A DNA stretch of 64,000 nt from assembly GCF_006345805.1 (NCBI RefSeq), contig NC_042999.1:45508001-45572000 (forward strand). The letters are read 5' to 3'. This document shows positions 1 to 10,587 of this stretch, piece by piece; positions within the stretch are counted from its first letter, which is position 1, and every line of letters begins with the position of its first letter. The notes below the pieces were generated by a model. It did not search any database. It worked only from the letters and a program-made list of their open reading frames with translations, and was not told the origin of the DNA. Made by a program: the position numbers and the translations under genes. The stretch is from Octopus sinensis (lineage: Eukaryota).

Positions 1-67
1 TGCACATGATATTTTCTCAATGCAAGTGTTCTTACTACTGTTGATTGTGTTGTGTTGCGTGTGTGTG

Positions 68-105
<38 letters not shown>

Positions 106-249
106 ATGTGTATTTGAATTCCATTGATTGTAACTGTTTTGATCTTCATCTATATTTCGAAATATCTTATATATTATGTATATATATCATGTATATAATT
201 ATATATAGTATATATTTTTTCTATCTGTCTATCTATATTATGCATAATG

Positions 250-420
250 TGTGTGTGTACACACGCATCTCTCTCCAGTTTTTTCCTCTCTTTATCCTTT
301 CTGTCGAAGAGAATAGGCTTGAAATGTAAAAGACTTTTCCATCTTCCTTGAGTGTTAAACAAATACACCTGCTTGTTGTTCCTACACCTGTCTTTGTCTT
401 TTGTTTTCTGGAAATTTGAA
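250..420 (+). mobile_element. Penelope-like terminal repeat fragment carrying a minimal hammerhead-like motif (297-332)
   Basis: The same ~150-bp sequence recurs in reverse orientation at ~13170-13320, ~19950-20130 and ~21470-21640. Its core is CTTT-CTGTNGAA-GAGC..GCTC-GAAA-CGTH-AAAG. The Penelope assignment is inferred from this motif. Confidence 0.45.
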
Positions 421-434
421 CTATATATATATAT

Positions 435-843
435 CATCATCATCATCGTTTAACATCCGCTTTCCATGCTAGCATGAGCTGGACGATTTGACTGAGGACT
501 GGCGAACCAGATGGCTGCGCCAGGCTCCAATCTTGATCTGGCAGAGTTTCTGCTGATGGATGCCCTTCCTAATGCCTACCACTCTGAGAGTGTAGTGGGT
601 GCTTTTACGTGCCACCTGCACAAGGGCCAGTCAGGCGGTACTGGCAACGGCCATGCTCAAATGGTGTTTTTTACGTGCCACCTGCACAGGAGCCAATCCA
701 GCAGCACTGGCAATGATGTCACTCAAATATTTTTCATGTGCCACCGGCACAAGTGTCAGTAAGGCGATGCTGGTAACGGTCACGCTCAAATGGTACTTTT
801 TACGGGCCACTGGCATGGAAGCCAGTTAACCGCTCTGGCCCAA
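435..843 (-). mobile_element. RTE-clade LINE 3' end with (GAT)n tail and 3-4 copies of the 3'UTR module
   Basis: (CAT)n followed by TTTAACATCCGCTTTCCATGCTAGCATG matches the 3' end of the copy at 36170-39152, which is linked to RTE ORF2. It is preceded by (TA)n. Confidence 0.85.
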
Positions 844-989
844 GTTAGCTGATATATATATATATAATACAATTTTACTGAACCTTCAGTTTTTTTATGC
901 TAGACCACTGGTGTGAAATCGATGTTAATTAAATTGATATTTAATTTCTCACCCTCAATTTAAATTTATATATATATATGTATATATAA

Positions 990-1285
990 TCACTGTGTTG
1001 ACCAGACTATTGAATGTTGCCATTTACCCTTGATCGCAGTGCACTTCCTTACATTGTTATAACTTTTGAATGATGCCACCCCACTGGCCAGACAAGAAGG
1101 CAGGCAAACATGCCCCCTGAGTGGAATGCCAGTCTGACTCAGTTTTACCCATTTACAGCTGAGTGGACTGGAGCAACTTAAAATAAAGGTGTTTTGCTCA
1201 ACAACACAATGCACCACTAGCCTGAGAACTGAAACCATGAACATGCAATCACAAGTGCAATACCATAGCCACCATGCCATACTCC
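990..1285 (-). mobile_element. Degraded tRNA-headed SINE (third family; related head at ~31760-31890)
   Basis: The minus strand shows a tRNA-like head and a CCATTTACAGCTGAGTGGACTGGAGCAAC core typical of mollusc SINEs (recognition only). Confidence 0.45.
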
Positions 1286-1629
1286 TATATGTATACATAC
1301 ATGTGTATGCATACATATGTATATATATGGGTATGTATGTATATAAACGTATATGAATATATGTGTATTTGTGTATAGATGTATATATATATGAGTATAT
1401 GTCTTTAGTTATGTATATATATGAGTATGTATGTGTATATATATGAGTATGAATATATGTGAATATGTGTGTGTGTGTGTGTATAAATCTATGTACATAA
1501 ATGTGTGTGTGGCTGTGAATGTTCATGTGTATATGTATGCTTATTTTTCTTTGATGTGTAAGTTTTTTTACTTCACAGAATTCAACTCAGCCACGAAAAA
1601 AAAAAAAGGAGCAAGCTTCTTTTGTTTAA

Positions 1630-1834
1630 CCCTTTAGTATTTAATTGGGTATATCAGACCCAAATGTTTTACATATTTTATATTCAAACCAACCAGATAC
1701 AGCTTCTTACACCTACCCTACAATGTCATTCTAAAAAAAAAACAAAAAAAAGCTGTGAGACATTGTATGATAATTAAAAAGATTGTGAATTAATAAGTAT
1801 TACATTTGACAGAATAATTCTGGAGGCTAAAGTG
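1630..1834 (+). mobile_element. piggyBac-type MITE (family with CCCTTTAG termini)
   Basis: Flanked by TTAA on both sides, with degenerate CCCTTT/AAAGGG termini. Same family as the copies at 27451, 27988, 42329 and 61293. Confidence 0.65.
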
Positions 1835-2812
1835 TTAAATCTAAAAAGCTCTTAGGATTGTGGTTATTTGAACTGATTGGTGTGTGCATTTATATATATA
1901 TATATATATCGTTGCTATTATGCAAAAGTATTGTAAGTCCAAAACCTTGCTTTGTTCAGAAAACAAAAAAATAGTTTCACCATTTCATTTTACATTAGCA
2001 AAAGTTTCATACTTTGCTGCATAAAATCGTAACTCCATGCATAGATGATATTTTCAGTCAGAAATATTTTTGCAAATCTGTCGTATGTGGGACTTACTAC
2101 ACTTTTTAAAAATGCTAAACTTTTGTACTACATGTTCTCAATTTTCATATCTTGGCATCTGAAGCAGCTGGAGATACGATAGTTTGACCAAAAGAATTGG
2201 TTATTGCAAGCAAAATTAAATATTCGTTTCTACTCTAGGCACAAGGCCCCAAATTTTGGGGGGAGGGGGCCAGTCGATTAGGTCAACACAGTATACAACT
2301 GGTACTTAATTTATCGACCCTAAAAGGATGAAAGGCAAAGTCGACCTCGGTGGAATTTGAACACAGAATGTAAAGACAGACGAAATGCTGCTAAGCATTT
2401 TGCCTGGCAGGCTAACGTTTCTGCTAGCTTGCCGCCTTAGCAAAATTAAATATTGAGAAAAACAAATTTGGTCAAATTTGGACATACGACAGTTTAACAT
2501 AATAGCAATGATATGTGTGTGTGTGTGTGTATGCATTTGTAGGGTGTGTATGGGTAAACTTGCACACACATAATGGGTGTGCATGTATATCATGTATATG
2601 TGATCTTGTGCATGTGTCATACTCTGGAACTTAAGAAGAGAATCTCTGGAATGTTTTACAAATTTTTGCTGTATCTCTAATTGATTGTAAATGGAGTGCT
2701 TGGTTCTCTTTCTGGAAAATTTCTGCATTTCTATGTTTTTATGCAGCTCTTGTATTTTGTAGTCTGTTGCATTTGTGATAATAGGAAGACATGAAAATCT
2801 ATAGCCTGGATA

Positions 2813-3034
2813 TAAGGTGGGGAGTTAGGGTTCCTGGCTTTAAGAGTGTCACAAAAGGCCTGGTTGGAGATCCAACATTCCAAGTTCTTTTACAGGGCTT
2901 CAAAAAATTGTAAGACCGCTGCAATAAGTGTGTGAATCTGAGAGGGGAATATGTTGAATAAAATCATAGTTAACTGATCATCCTGTATTTTTTTTTTTTT
3001 ACCCAAAGCCAGGAACTTTTCAGCAGCCCCTCAT
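2813..3034. mobile_element. Mariner-derived MITE
   Basis: The right TIR is AGCCAGGAACTTTTCAGCAGCCCCTCATA and the left TIR is degenerate. The interior is homologous to 51539-52144. Confidence 0.65.
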
Positions 3035-3160
3035 AAGAAGTGTTGGTTTCTTGATAGAGGTGTTAGTACTTCATAGATGTTCTTTTGCACCAATTTTTGA
3101 TGCGGTATTCACATGTGCTAGGCAGCTGATCTCTACAACAGCACATAACTTTTCTCCCTC

Positions 3161-3400
3161 ATCATCATCATCATCATAGTTTAACGTTCGTTTTCCATGC
3201 TAGCATGGGTTGGATGGTTCAACCGGGGTCTGGGAAGCCAGGAGGCTGCACCAGGCACCAGTCTGATCTGGCAGTGTTTCTATAGCTGGATGTCCTTCCT
3301 AACGCCAACCACTCCATGAGTGTAGTGGGTGTTTTTTATGTGCCATCGGAAGCTGGCAAACGGTCACAATCGGTTGGTGCTTTTGGCCTATTGTGCTTGC
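3161..3400 (-). mobile_element. RTE LINE 3' end fragment
   Basis: (CAT)n tail plus the conserved TTTAACGTTCGTTTTCCATGCTAGCATGGG block. Confidence 0.85.
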
Positions 3401-3819
3401 ACCAAGTTACTGCTTTTATTGGAATGATCCATCAATATTCTTTACTTTTAAAGGTGTTGGACACATTCTATGTTTGGTGTGATTATCAGAACAAATTTTC
3501 CCATGTATATAGCATTCTAGATGGTTTTAGTGACTCTGTCATACTTCATAGGAAGTTGATGTCTTGTGGAAATCTTTGGACAGCTGCTAATAATAATAAT
3601 ACCGGTGATATCTTCCACCCTGTTATGACACAATCAACAGTGGGGCTAGAGATATATTTATCTCCCTTGTTCATCACATATTAGTTTCAAATTTTGACAC
3701 AAGGCCAGTAATTTCAGGTGTACTGGATAAGCCAATGACATTGACTCATGTTTAACTAGTTCCTCTTCTATCAACCCTGAATGGATGAAAGGCAAAGTCG
3801 TCTTTGGTGGAATGTGACG

Positions 3820-4248
3820 ATGGGGATGTATGTTCCCCCCTCCCCCAACATCGCTTGACAACTGATGCTGGTGTGTTTACATCCCTGTAACTTAGCGGTT
3901 CGGCAAAAGAGACTGATAGAATAAGTACTAGGCATACAAAAAAACAAGTCCTGGGGTCGATTTGCTCGAATAAAGGTGGTGCTCCAGCATGGCCACACTC
4001 AAATGACTGAAACAAGTAAAAGAGTATATGCATGTGTGTGTGCCTTTGTGTCTGTGTTTGTCCCTCCCTCCAACGCTTGATAACCAGTACTGATATGCTT
4101 ATGTACCCGTAACTTAGTGGTTCGGCAAAGGAAACTGATAGAATAAGTACTAAGCATTAAAAAGAAGTCTTTCTGTTGATTTGTTCGACTAACACATTTT
4201 GAGGATGTGATCCAGCATGGCTACCGTCAAAATGACTGAAACAAGTAA
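3820..4248 (+). mobile_element. Two tandem right halves of SINE family A
   Basis: Both carry the ...GCTTGACAAC...CTTAGCGGTTCGGCAAA...CAGCATGG...ATGACTGAAACAAGTAA block shared with the full copy at 9212. Confidence 0.85.
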
Positions 4249-4641
4249 TCTCTCTCTATATAAAGCTGAAGTTGTCTGTGTATAGCAGGTTTAGTAGCAT
4301 TTAACTAACACTATCTCTTCCGAGACTCTGCGGCGCAAGTTGATCAAAATTGAGAGTATGATAGAAGAAAGCTTGCTCTTCCTTCCGTAGAAGAAAAAAA
4401 TTCAAATCGGACCATGTTAACTCCAAAAATTATTTACATCAAAAAGGTGCTTTTTTTTCTATTAAAATCCATATTTTTTACGATTTTTTGACTGCTGTGT
4501 CGCCATCTTTTGGTGTATTTCAACCAGAAAAAATTCACTTAAAGAGAATTACAAGCTACATAATGCCAAATTTTTACTTTTCAAAAATTCCAATTCTAAT
4601 GGGTCAAAACAAACCCGAGCAACGCCGGGCGATACTGCCAG
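4249..4641 (+). mobile_element. Non-autonomous Helitron (~395 bp)
   Basis: It has a 5' TC, a subterminal hairpin CCCGAGCAACGCCGGG and a 3' CCAG (CTAG in other copies). It sits between A and T with no TSD. Confidence 0.8.
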
Positions 4642-4771
4642 TAGAATAAAAGAATATCTCAAATTTATTGAGACAGCATGACTTGCAGAAAATTCCAATT
4701 CTACATTTTGGTAGATGTTTAACATCCATTACTGAAATAATCAGGAAATTTAATTTTGCAGTTAAAGGGTT

Positions 4772-4965
4772 AATATAGACCTTGTCAGTGCTACTATTGA
4801 GGTGGAAGCTACTAGCCATTGTTAGTATTTTCCTACATCTGATGTCCAAGGATTTAAGTGATCAGTCTTGTAACCCAAATGTTAGTCCACGCTCTGACAC
4901 TGTGAAAGCAGCTTTATTAATGGTTTCATTAAATGCAGACAGCTCTGTGACTTCTATACCTTCCT
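4772..4965 (-). pseudogene. Decayed R4/Dong-like non-LTR retrotransposon fragment (post-RT region)
   Basis: The translation INKAAFTVSERGLTFGLQD*SLKSLDIRCRKILTMASSFHLNSSTDKVY resembles the LDRKTRKxLTMxxxxHPxSDVDRLY motif. It contains an internal stop. Confidence 0.5.
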
Positions 4966-5126
4966 AAGTTTGCAGAAGTATTATTTCATCACTCTTGCTG
5001 TTTATATATATACTTGTTTATATATATACTTGTTTGTATGTACATTTGTGTATATGTAAAGGTATGTACATGTTTATGCATGTATATGTGTTATATATAT
5101 CACATATACATACATACATATATATA

Positions 5127-5500
5127 TCATCATCATCGTTTAACGTCCGTTTTCCATGCTAGCACGGGTTGGACGGTTCGACCGGGGTCTAGGAAGCCAG
5201 GAGGCTGCACCAGGCTCCAGTCTGATCTGGCAGTGTTTCTACAGCTGGATGTCCTTCCTAACGCCAACCACTCCGTGAGTGTAGTGGGTGCTTTTTACGT
5301 GCCACCAGCGCAGGCGCCAGGGGAGGCTGGCAACAGTCACGATCGGTTGGTGCTTTTTATGTGTCACCGGCACGGAAGCTAGTCAAGGCGGCGCTGGCAT
5401 CGGCCATGCCCGGATGGTGCTTTTTATGTACCACCAGCACAGGTATCACAACTACAATTTCCATTTGATTTTTATTTTGATGTTGATGTACTTGACTCAA
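5127..5500 (-). mobile_element. RTE LINE 3' end with three 3'UTR modules
   Basis: (TA)n then (CAT)n tail. Homologous through to TTGATGTACTTGACTCAATAGG, as in the copy at 47060-47550. Confidence 0.9.
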
Positions 5501-5821
5501 TAGGTTTATTTCAACCGAAAAATCTTCACAGTTTTTTTGGCATTAATAAACCAGTATTTTGCACTACTGTTTTTGGTATTTGAGGGCCGTTTTTTACCCC
5601 CACCTTGTTTTGCACCGATGTGCTTACTTGTGTGTGTGTGTGTATGAAAACAATTCAATGAGAGATGTAATGTGTATACACTTAACTGTTATGAACATTT
5701 ATCTAATACACAACCACAACGTATGTGCTGAGTTAACATTAGTATGTGAGTGTGTGTGTAATTCGAATATTGTTATTATAAGTTATTAAAGAGTTATATG
5801 ATTATCAACATAGCTATATCT

Positions 5822-6050
5822 TATTTCTTTATTGCCCTCAAGGGGCTAAACATAGAGGGGACAAACAAGGACAGAAAAACGGATTAAGTCGATTATATCG
5901 ACCCCAGTTCGTAACTGGTACTTAATTTATCGACCCCGAAAGGATGAAAGGTAAAGTCGACATCGGCGGAATTTGAACTCAGAACGCAGCGGCAGACGAA
6001 ATACCGCTGAGAATTTCGCCCGGTGTGCTAACATTGCTGCCAGCTCGCCA
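5822..6050 (-). mobile_element. SINE family B (tRNA-headed), full length and CpG-intact
   Basis: The minus strand starts GGCGAGCTGGCAG, has a B-box-like GAGTTCAAATTCC and ends in the tail CCCCTTGAGGGCAATAAAGAAATA. Confidence 0.9.
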
Positions 6051-6482
6051 TTTTACACGTCTGTCACCCTTTCGTGTGTGAATTATTTAAAGTATTTTAC
6101 ATATCTATGTATTTATATACACATTATCATTTTACATTTATTATTATTAAATTTACCCCGTCGATCACACTTGTTGATCAACAGGGTAAACTTCGGTGAA
6201 ACGAATATAGCTGCACGCTTACTAATCGAAGGATCGTTGTTTCGTATTTCATCAATTCCACGGATGTGGTTTACTGAGTAAAGGAGACTACGTAATCTGC
6301 TAGAAATAGCAGCCAAATCTTCCTTTAATTCACATCCTGCTATCTTAAAAAGGAATGCGTATCGGATAATGTAGACCTGGAGACATTGTCTGAAAAAAAA
6401 GAAGTCGGGATGGCCACGAGTGGAACGCTTCTAATCATAGGTCTAATCAAAATTAATCTGGCGCTCTCTATCACGCTCTTAC

Positions 6483-6543
6483 AATCAAAATCCCAAGAAG
6501 CTCCAGCATGGAGGTGTAAATCACTGCTGATATAAACGATGCA
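6483..6543 (-). CDS. Candidate coding exon 2 of a leftward gene (ASFISAVIYTSMLELLGILI), hydrophobic
   Basis: Strong acceptor (tcatttttacag) and donor (GATT|gtaaga). It joins in frame with the candidate exon 1 at 6944-6954 to give MSMIASFISAVIYTSMLELLGILI. Confidence 0.45.
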
Positions 6544-6749
6544 CTGTAAAAATGAACGACTATTCACTGCTTGATGTACTAAGTTCAAACATTCACAGAT
6601 GCACAGCTTAACAGTGTTGACGTGTCCTAGGTTACACTTAGCTGAAGATAGGCTATTCGGTGGCGGCGACCCAACGCTTTTAATAAGTAACGAGAATCCC
6701 CCGTCACCGTGCAGATAACACTGCTTTCTAAACACACGACTGGCTTGCA

Positions 6750-7750
6750 TATAGCATTTTTTTTTTGTGTGTGTATATATGTAAGTACACAATGTCTTGC
6801 GCAGACATTAGTCTGCGTAAAGTAGTATATTTATATACGTTTCAACTCCAGGTGTCAATATTTAGTTTCAAGCAGTACAACAATATACCGTGTCACTCTG
6901 TGTTCGTTCTCAATGCTTCTCTGTAATGAAAGCATATATTTACATCATCGACATAGTGAAGGAGAGGGTGAAACGGAGGGAAAGAGAAGGCAGCGCGCTG
7001 AAATAACTTTCTCTCTCTTTAGTAAATAAATATTTTCTCTGTAGTTAACTCTCTCCCTCTTTCTTTTTTCTCTCCTTCTCTCTCTCTCTCTCACTGCTTC
7101 GATGAGTACGCCCTCTCATTGACAAATATTGTCTTTCACTTTCAGTATCTCTTTCAGGTAATTGTTCTTCTTTTACCTCCGTAAATATTCTACGCCTCTT
7201 AAATCTGTCTCTTTCTTCCTTCTAACTTTAGTTCTCTGTCGGCTTTTATGTCACTCTTCCCCCGCTATCTCTCTCCTGCCCTTCACGGTAATTGGGCCTG
7301 CTATCTAAGAATCGGTGGGCGTGTTAGTTAATGACGAGTTATTGCAGTCCGAATGCTGGCCTTCATAAACTTTATGTGGCTAGTTGGTTAGCGAAATTAT
7401 TTCTATGAATGTATGTTTGTGTGCACCAGACTACGCATATAAAATAGTGTGTTTGCCAGCTTATACGTAAGCGGGGGCTGCGTGTTTGTCTTCAGGACTG
7501 ACTGGTTAATTTAATTAGCTATTTATATAGCTGTCAGTCTTTGTCTGTCAGACGATACGTTTAAGGGTATGTGTGTTCACCTGTGGTACTGACTGCTTAG
7601 AGTGTATAGCTATGTAATTACTATAATTCGAATAGACAAGAGGTAGTCTACGTTGGCAATCGAAAGCAAAATGTAAGGTTTGCCTCGAAAAGAAATCGCC
7701 AACATTTCCGGCATTCCCTAATGAAAGGCCCTGTCCAAAATGCCCTCACG
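6750..7750. promoter_or_regulatory. CpG-retaining candidate bidirectional promoter / first-exon region
   Basis: CpG is visibly more frequent here than elsewhere in the window. There are (CT)n tracts, a minus-strand donor at 6943 and plus-strand donors CAG|gtaatt (7158) and ACG|gtaatt (~7288). Confidence 0.5.
6944..6954 (-). CDS. Candidate start-codon portion of exon 1 of the leftward gene (ATG TCG ATG AT|gtaaat)
   Basis: An ATG follows a pyrimidine-rich leader. The phase-2 donor matches the phase of the 6483-6543 exon across a 400-bp intron. Confidence 0.4.
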
Positions 7751-7835
7751 GTGCACTAACGAACCTTAGCTTGAATAATTGATAGATCAGGTACAGTGTG
7801 TGTGCATTCGCTGGTGCAATCTGCACATACTCAAA

Positions 7836-8490
7836 CAAGTGTGCCCCCCACACCAACTTTGTTTCCTCGTAACTTCTAGAGAAATCGGTATTTTGTAATG
7901 AAAATTTCTACAAATATGCTTCAGTTGATGCAGATTCCGCCTATATTGAAATTTGTTGTGAAAACGTTTCCCCGTGAGTGGTGAAAGGAGCTTCGGAAAA
8001 TTCACACGTGTCAGCTTTATTTCCTCATAACTTTCAGAAAAATGGATACTTTTTAATGAAGTTTTTTTTTATAAATACCTTTCAGATTGTTTATATTACG
8101 ATTATAGCGGAATTTAATATGTAAAAAAAAAAAAAAAAGGTGTCTGTTAGACACCACAAAATGAAACTTGAAATTTCGAAAAAAAATTGTGATGTGTCAT
8201 ATCAATTTCCGATATAATCGTAATATAAACAATATGAAAAGTTTTCATCAAAGATTTCATTAAAAAACGTAATTTTTTTCCCTGAAAGTTATGAGGAAAC
8301 AAAGTCAACTTTTGCGAATTTCCAGAAACTCTCCTACCCACTCCCGGAAAATTTTTTTTCCCAACAAAATCCCAATATAATCAGAATTTGATTCACCTGA
8401 AGCATATTTGTTTAAACTGTCATTAAAAAATATCTATTCTTCTGGACATTATGAAGAAATAAAATCGTGGATAGGGGGTGGTCACACTTG
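7836..8490. mobile_element. Foldback / long-TIR non-autonomous DNA element
   Basis: The arms at ~7836-8110 and ~8210-8490 are imperfect reverse complements, for example CTTTATTTCCTCATAACTTTCAG versus CTGAAAGTTATGAGGAAACAAAG. The termini are CAAGTGTG and CACACTTG. Confidence 0.75.
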
Positions 8491-9211
8491 GGTAGGTAAG
8501 CTGCAAACTGATTGGCTGCAAACCATGCTATTTTTCTTTCGTGCAGGAAAGATGAATTTTATTATGTTGATGGGAAAAGTGGATGTCTTGTAAATTATAG
8601 GTATTTAGTAGATTTAGTAGGTTTAGCACTTAGATTGGCATGATGCATAGTACTGGAGAGTTGTGTCATATATTGAGGAGCGAGTGAGTGAGTGTTTTAG
8701 ATTATAAGTGACTGACAGAAAGTGATTGATGATGGCAAAATCCGAAAGATGGTTGGCTTTTGAATGGTAAAAGTTGACTGGTCAAAAACTGAAAGCTTGC
8801 AACTAACAAACAATATAGGTTGATATGATGCATAGTGGTGATGATGACCAAAGTGTAGGCGATTCTGCTGTGGTGGAGGTGCATGGCTTAGTGGTTTGGG
8901 TATTGCACTCATGATCATAAGATTGTAATTTCAATTCCTGAAATGAGCGATACATTTTTTTGTTTTGTTTTTTTGAGCAAAACAATTCATTTCACGTTGC
9001 TCCAATCTACTCAGTAAAAATGAATAATTCTATCATGAAACAGCATCCCATCCAGAGTGGGGAACATATAGGCCATGGGATTCCGGGAAACCAGCCTTAC
9101 AAACTTTTGGTTCAGGAAGGACCTTTTGAATTTAGCTGTAAATTCTTTGATGATTTTGTATTTGTCTATATGTCATTCTGTTTCTATATGTCATTTTATC
9201 AAAGCATTATA

Positions 9212-9634
9212 GGCGCAGGAGTGGCTGTGTGTTAAGTAGCTTGCTTACCAACCACATGGTTCCAGGTTCAGTCCCACTGCATGGCACCTTGGGCAAGTGT
9301 CTTCTACTATAGCCTCGGGCCGACTAAAGCCTTGTCAGTGGATTTGGTAGATGGAAACTGAAAGAAGCCCGTCGTATATATGTACATATATGTGTATGTA
9401 TGTGTGTGTGTGCGTATATGTTAGTGTGTGTGTGTTTGTCCCCCCAATATCGCTTGACAACCGATGCTGGTGTGTTTACGTCCCTGTAATCTAGCGGTTC
9501 AGCAAAAGAGACCGATAGAACAAGTACTAGGCTTACAAAGAATAAGTCCTGGGGTCGATTTGCTCGACTAAAGGCGGTGCTCCAGCATGGCCACAGTCAA
9601 ATGACTGAAACAAGTAAAAGAGTAAAGAGTAAAA
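9212..9634 (+). mobile_element. SINE family A, full length (tRNA head + internal microsatellite + right half + (GTAAAAGA)n tail)
   Basis: A-box-like GTGGCTGTGTG and B-box-like GGTTCAGTCCC. Many homologous copies occur in this window. Confidence 0.9.
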
Positions 9635-9769
9635 TAAATACAATAAAATTTGTTGCAATCAATCAACTGGAATAATTTAAGACGTTTGCAGCATTATCAT
9701 GAACGCTTGCAAGGCTAAGATGCTGGAATAGCCATATGCTCCCATGAGCTTGTCTGACACTTGTGTTGG

Positions 9770-9849
9770 ATGAAATGCCAAGAAGCGAAGAACTTAATGG
9801 TTAGTGGATTAGCTCCTCCTAACATTTCAAATATGACAGGTCGAAAAAT
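9770..9849 (+). CDS. Candidate first coding segment of a rightward gene (MKCQEAKNLMVSGLAPPNISNMTGRK, phase 2); exon possibly begins at 9692
   Basis: Non-repetitive sequence with an open frame running into a consensus donor AAT|gtaagt. The upstream acceptor tttgcag is weak. Confidence 0.35.
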
Positions 9850-10064
9850 GTAAGTTACCTGCAATTGGCAATTTTTCTATAACTTACTGTTTCTCCTAAA
9901 TTTGTAACCGCTCAGCCATGCAGGTGTGGCTGTGTGGTTAACAATTTTGCTGCCAAATCATATGACTTTTAGTTCATTTGCAGATGCAGTATTCTCCATC
10001 ACTTCATTTAGAATACACAAGGATGCAACAGAATCACTTACTACTAGTGGGAATAGAAAAAAAA

Positions 10065-10363
10065 CTAGCAGTATCGCCCGGCGTTGCTCGGGTTTGTTTC
10101 GACCCTTTAGAATTGGAATTTTTGAAAAGTAAAAATTTTGCCTTATGTAGCTTGTTATTCTCTTTAAGTGAACATTTTTCTGGTTGAAATACACCGAGAA
10201 ATAGCGACACAGCAGTAAAAAAATCATAAAAAATAGTGATTTTCATAGAAAAAAAAGCACCTTTTTGATATAAATAAATTTTGGTTTTAACATGGTCTGA
10301 TTTGAATTTTTTTTCTACGGAATGAAGAGCAAGCCTTCTTCTATCATACTCTCAATTTTGGTC
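10065..10363 (-). mobile_element. Truncated Helitron copy
   Basis: Begins CTAGCAGTATCGCCCGGCGTTGCTCGGG, the reverse of the 3' hairpin end. It stops where a TTAA-type MITE starts. Confidence 0.8.
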
Positions 10364-10587
10364 AACTTTTGTTACTAACCCGGCCAAAACCGGCTCTGGC
10401 TCTGTGGTAAAATATCTTGTTTTCATAAGTTTTGAATTAAAATCTTCCACCAAGCCTTAGTCACAATTTATGTTCCTAACACTAGCTGAATGATAACTAA
10501 ATTGTTTTACTAAATTCTTTGTTATATTCAAAATGATTGAAAGAAACACAGAGCATCTCAAAATAAATACAGTAATGAAAGGGTTAA
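10364..10587. mobile_element. piggyBac-type MITE, second family
   Basis: The right end is GTAATGAAAGGG-TTAA, with a degenerate inverted left end. Confidence 0.55.

Noticed and set aside
6340-6792. 150-aa minus-strand ORF as a single-exon gene
   Set aside because: It starts in a microsatellite, ends in a repeat and spans strong internal splice sites that favour another frame. It is not fully excluded.
9212-9290. tRNA genes at SINE heads
   Set aside because: A/B-box-like motifs are present, but there is no complete cloverleaf, and they are always attached to SINE bodies.
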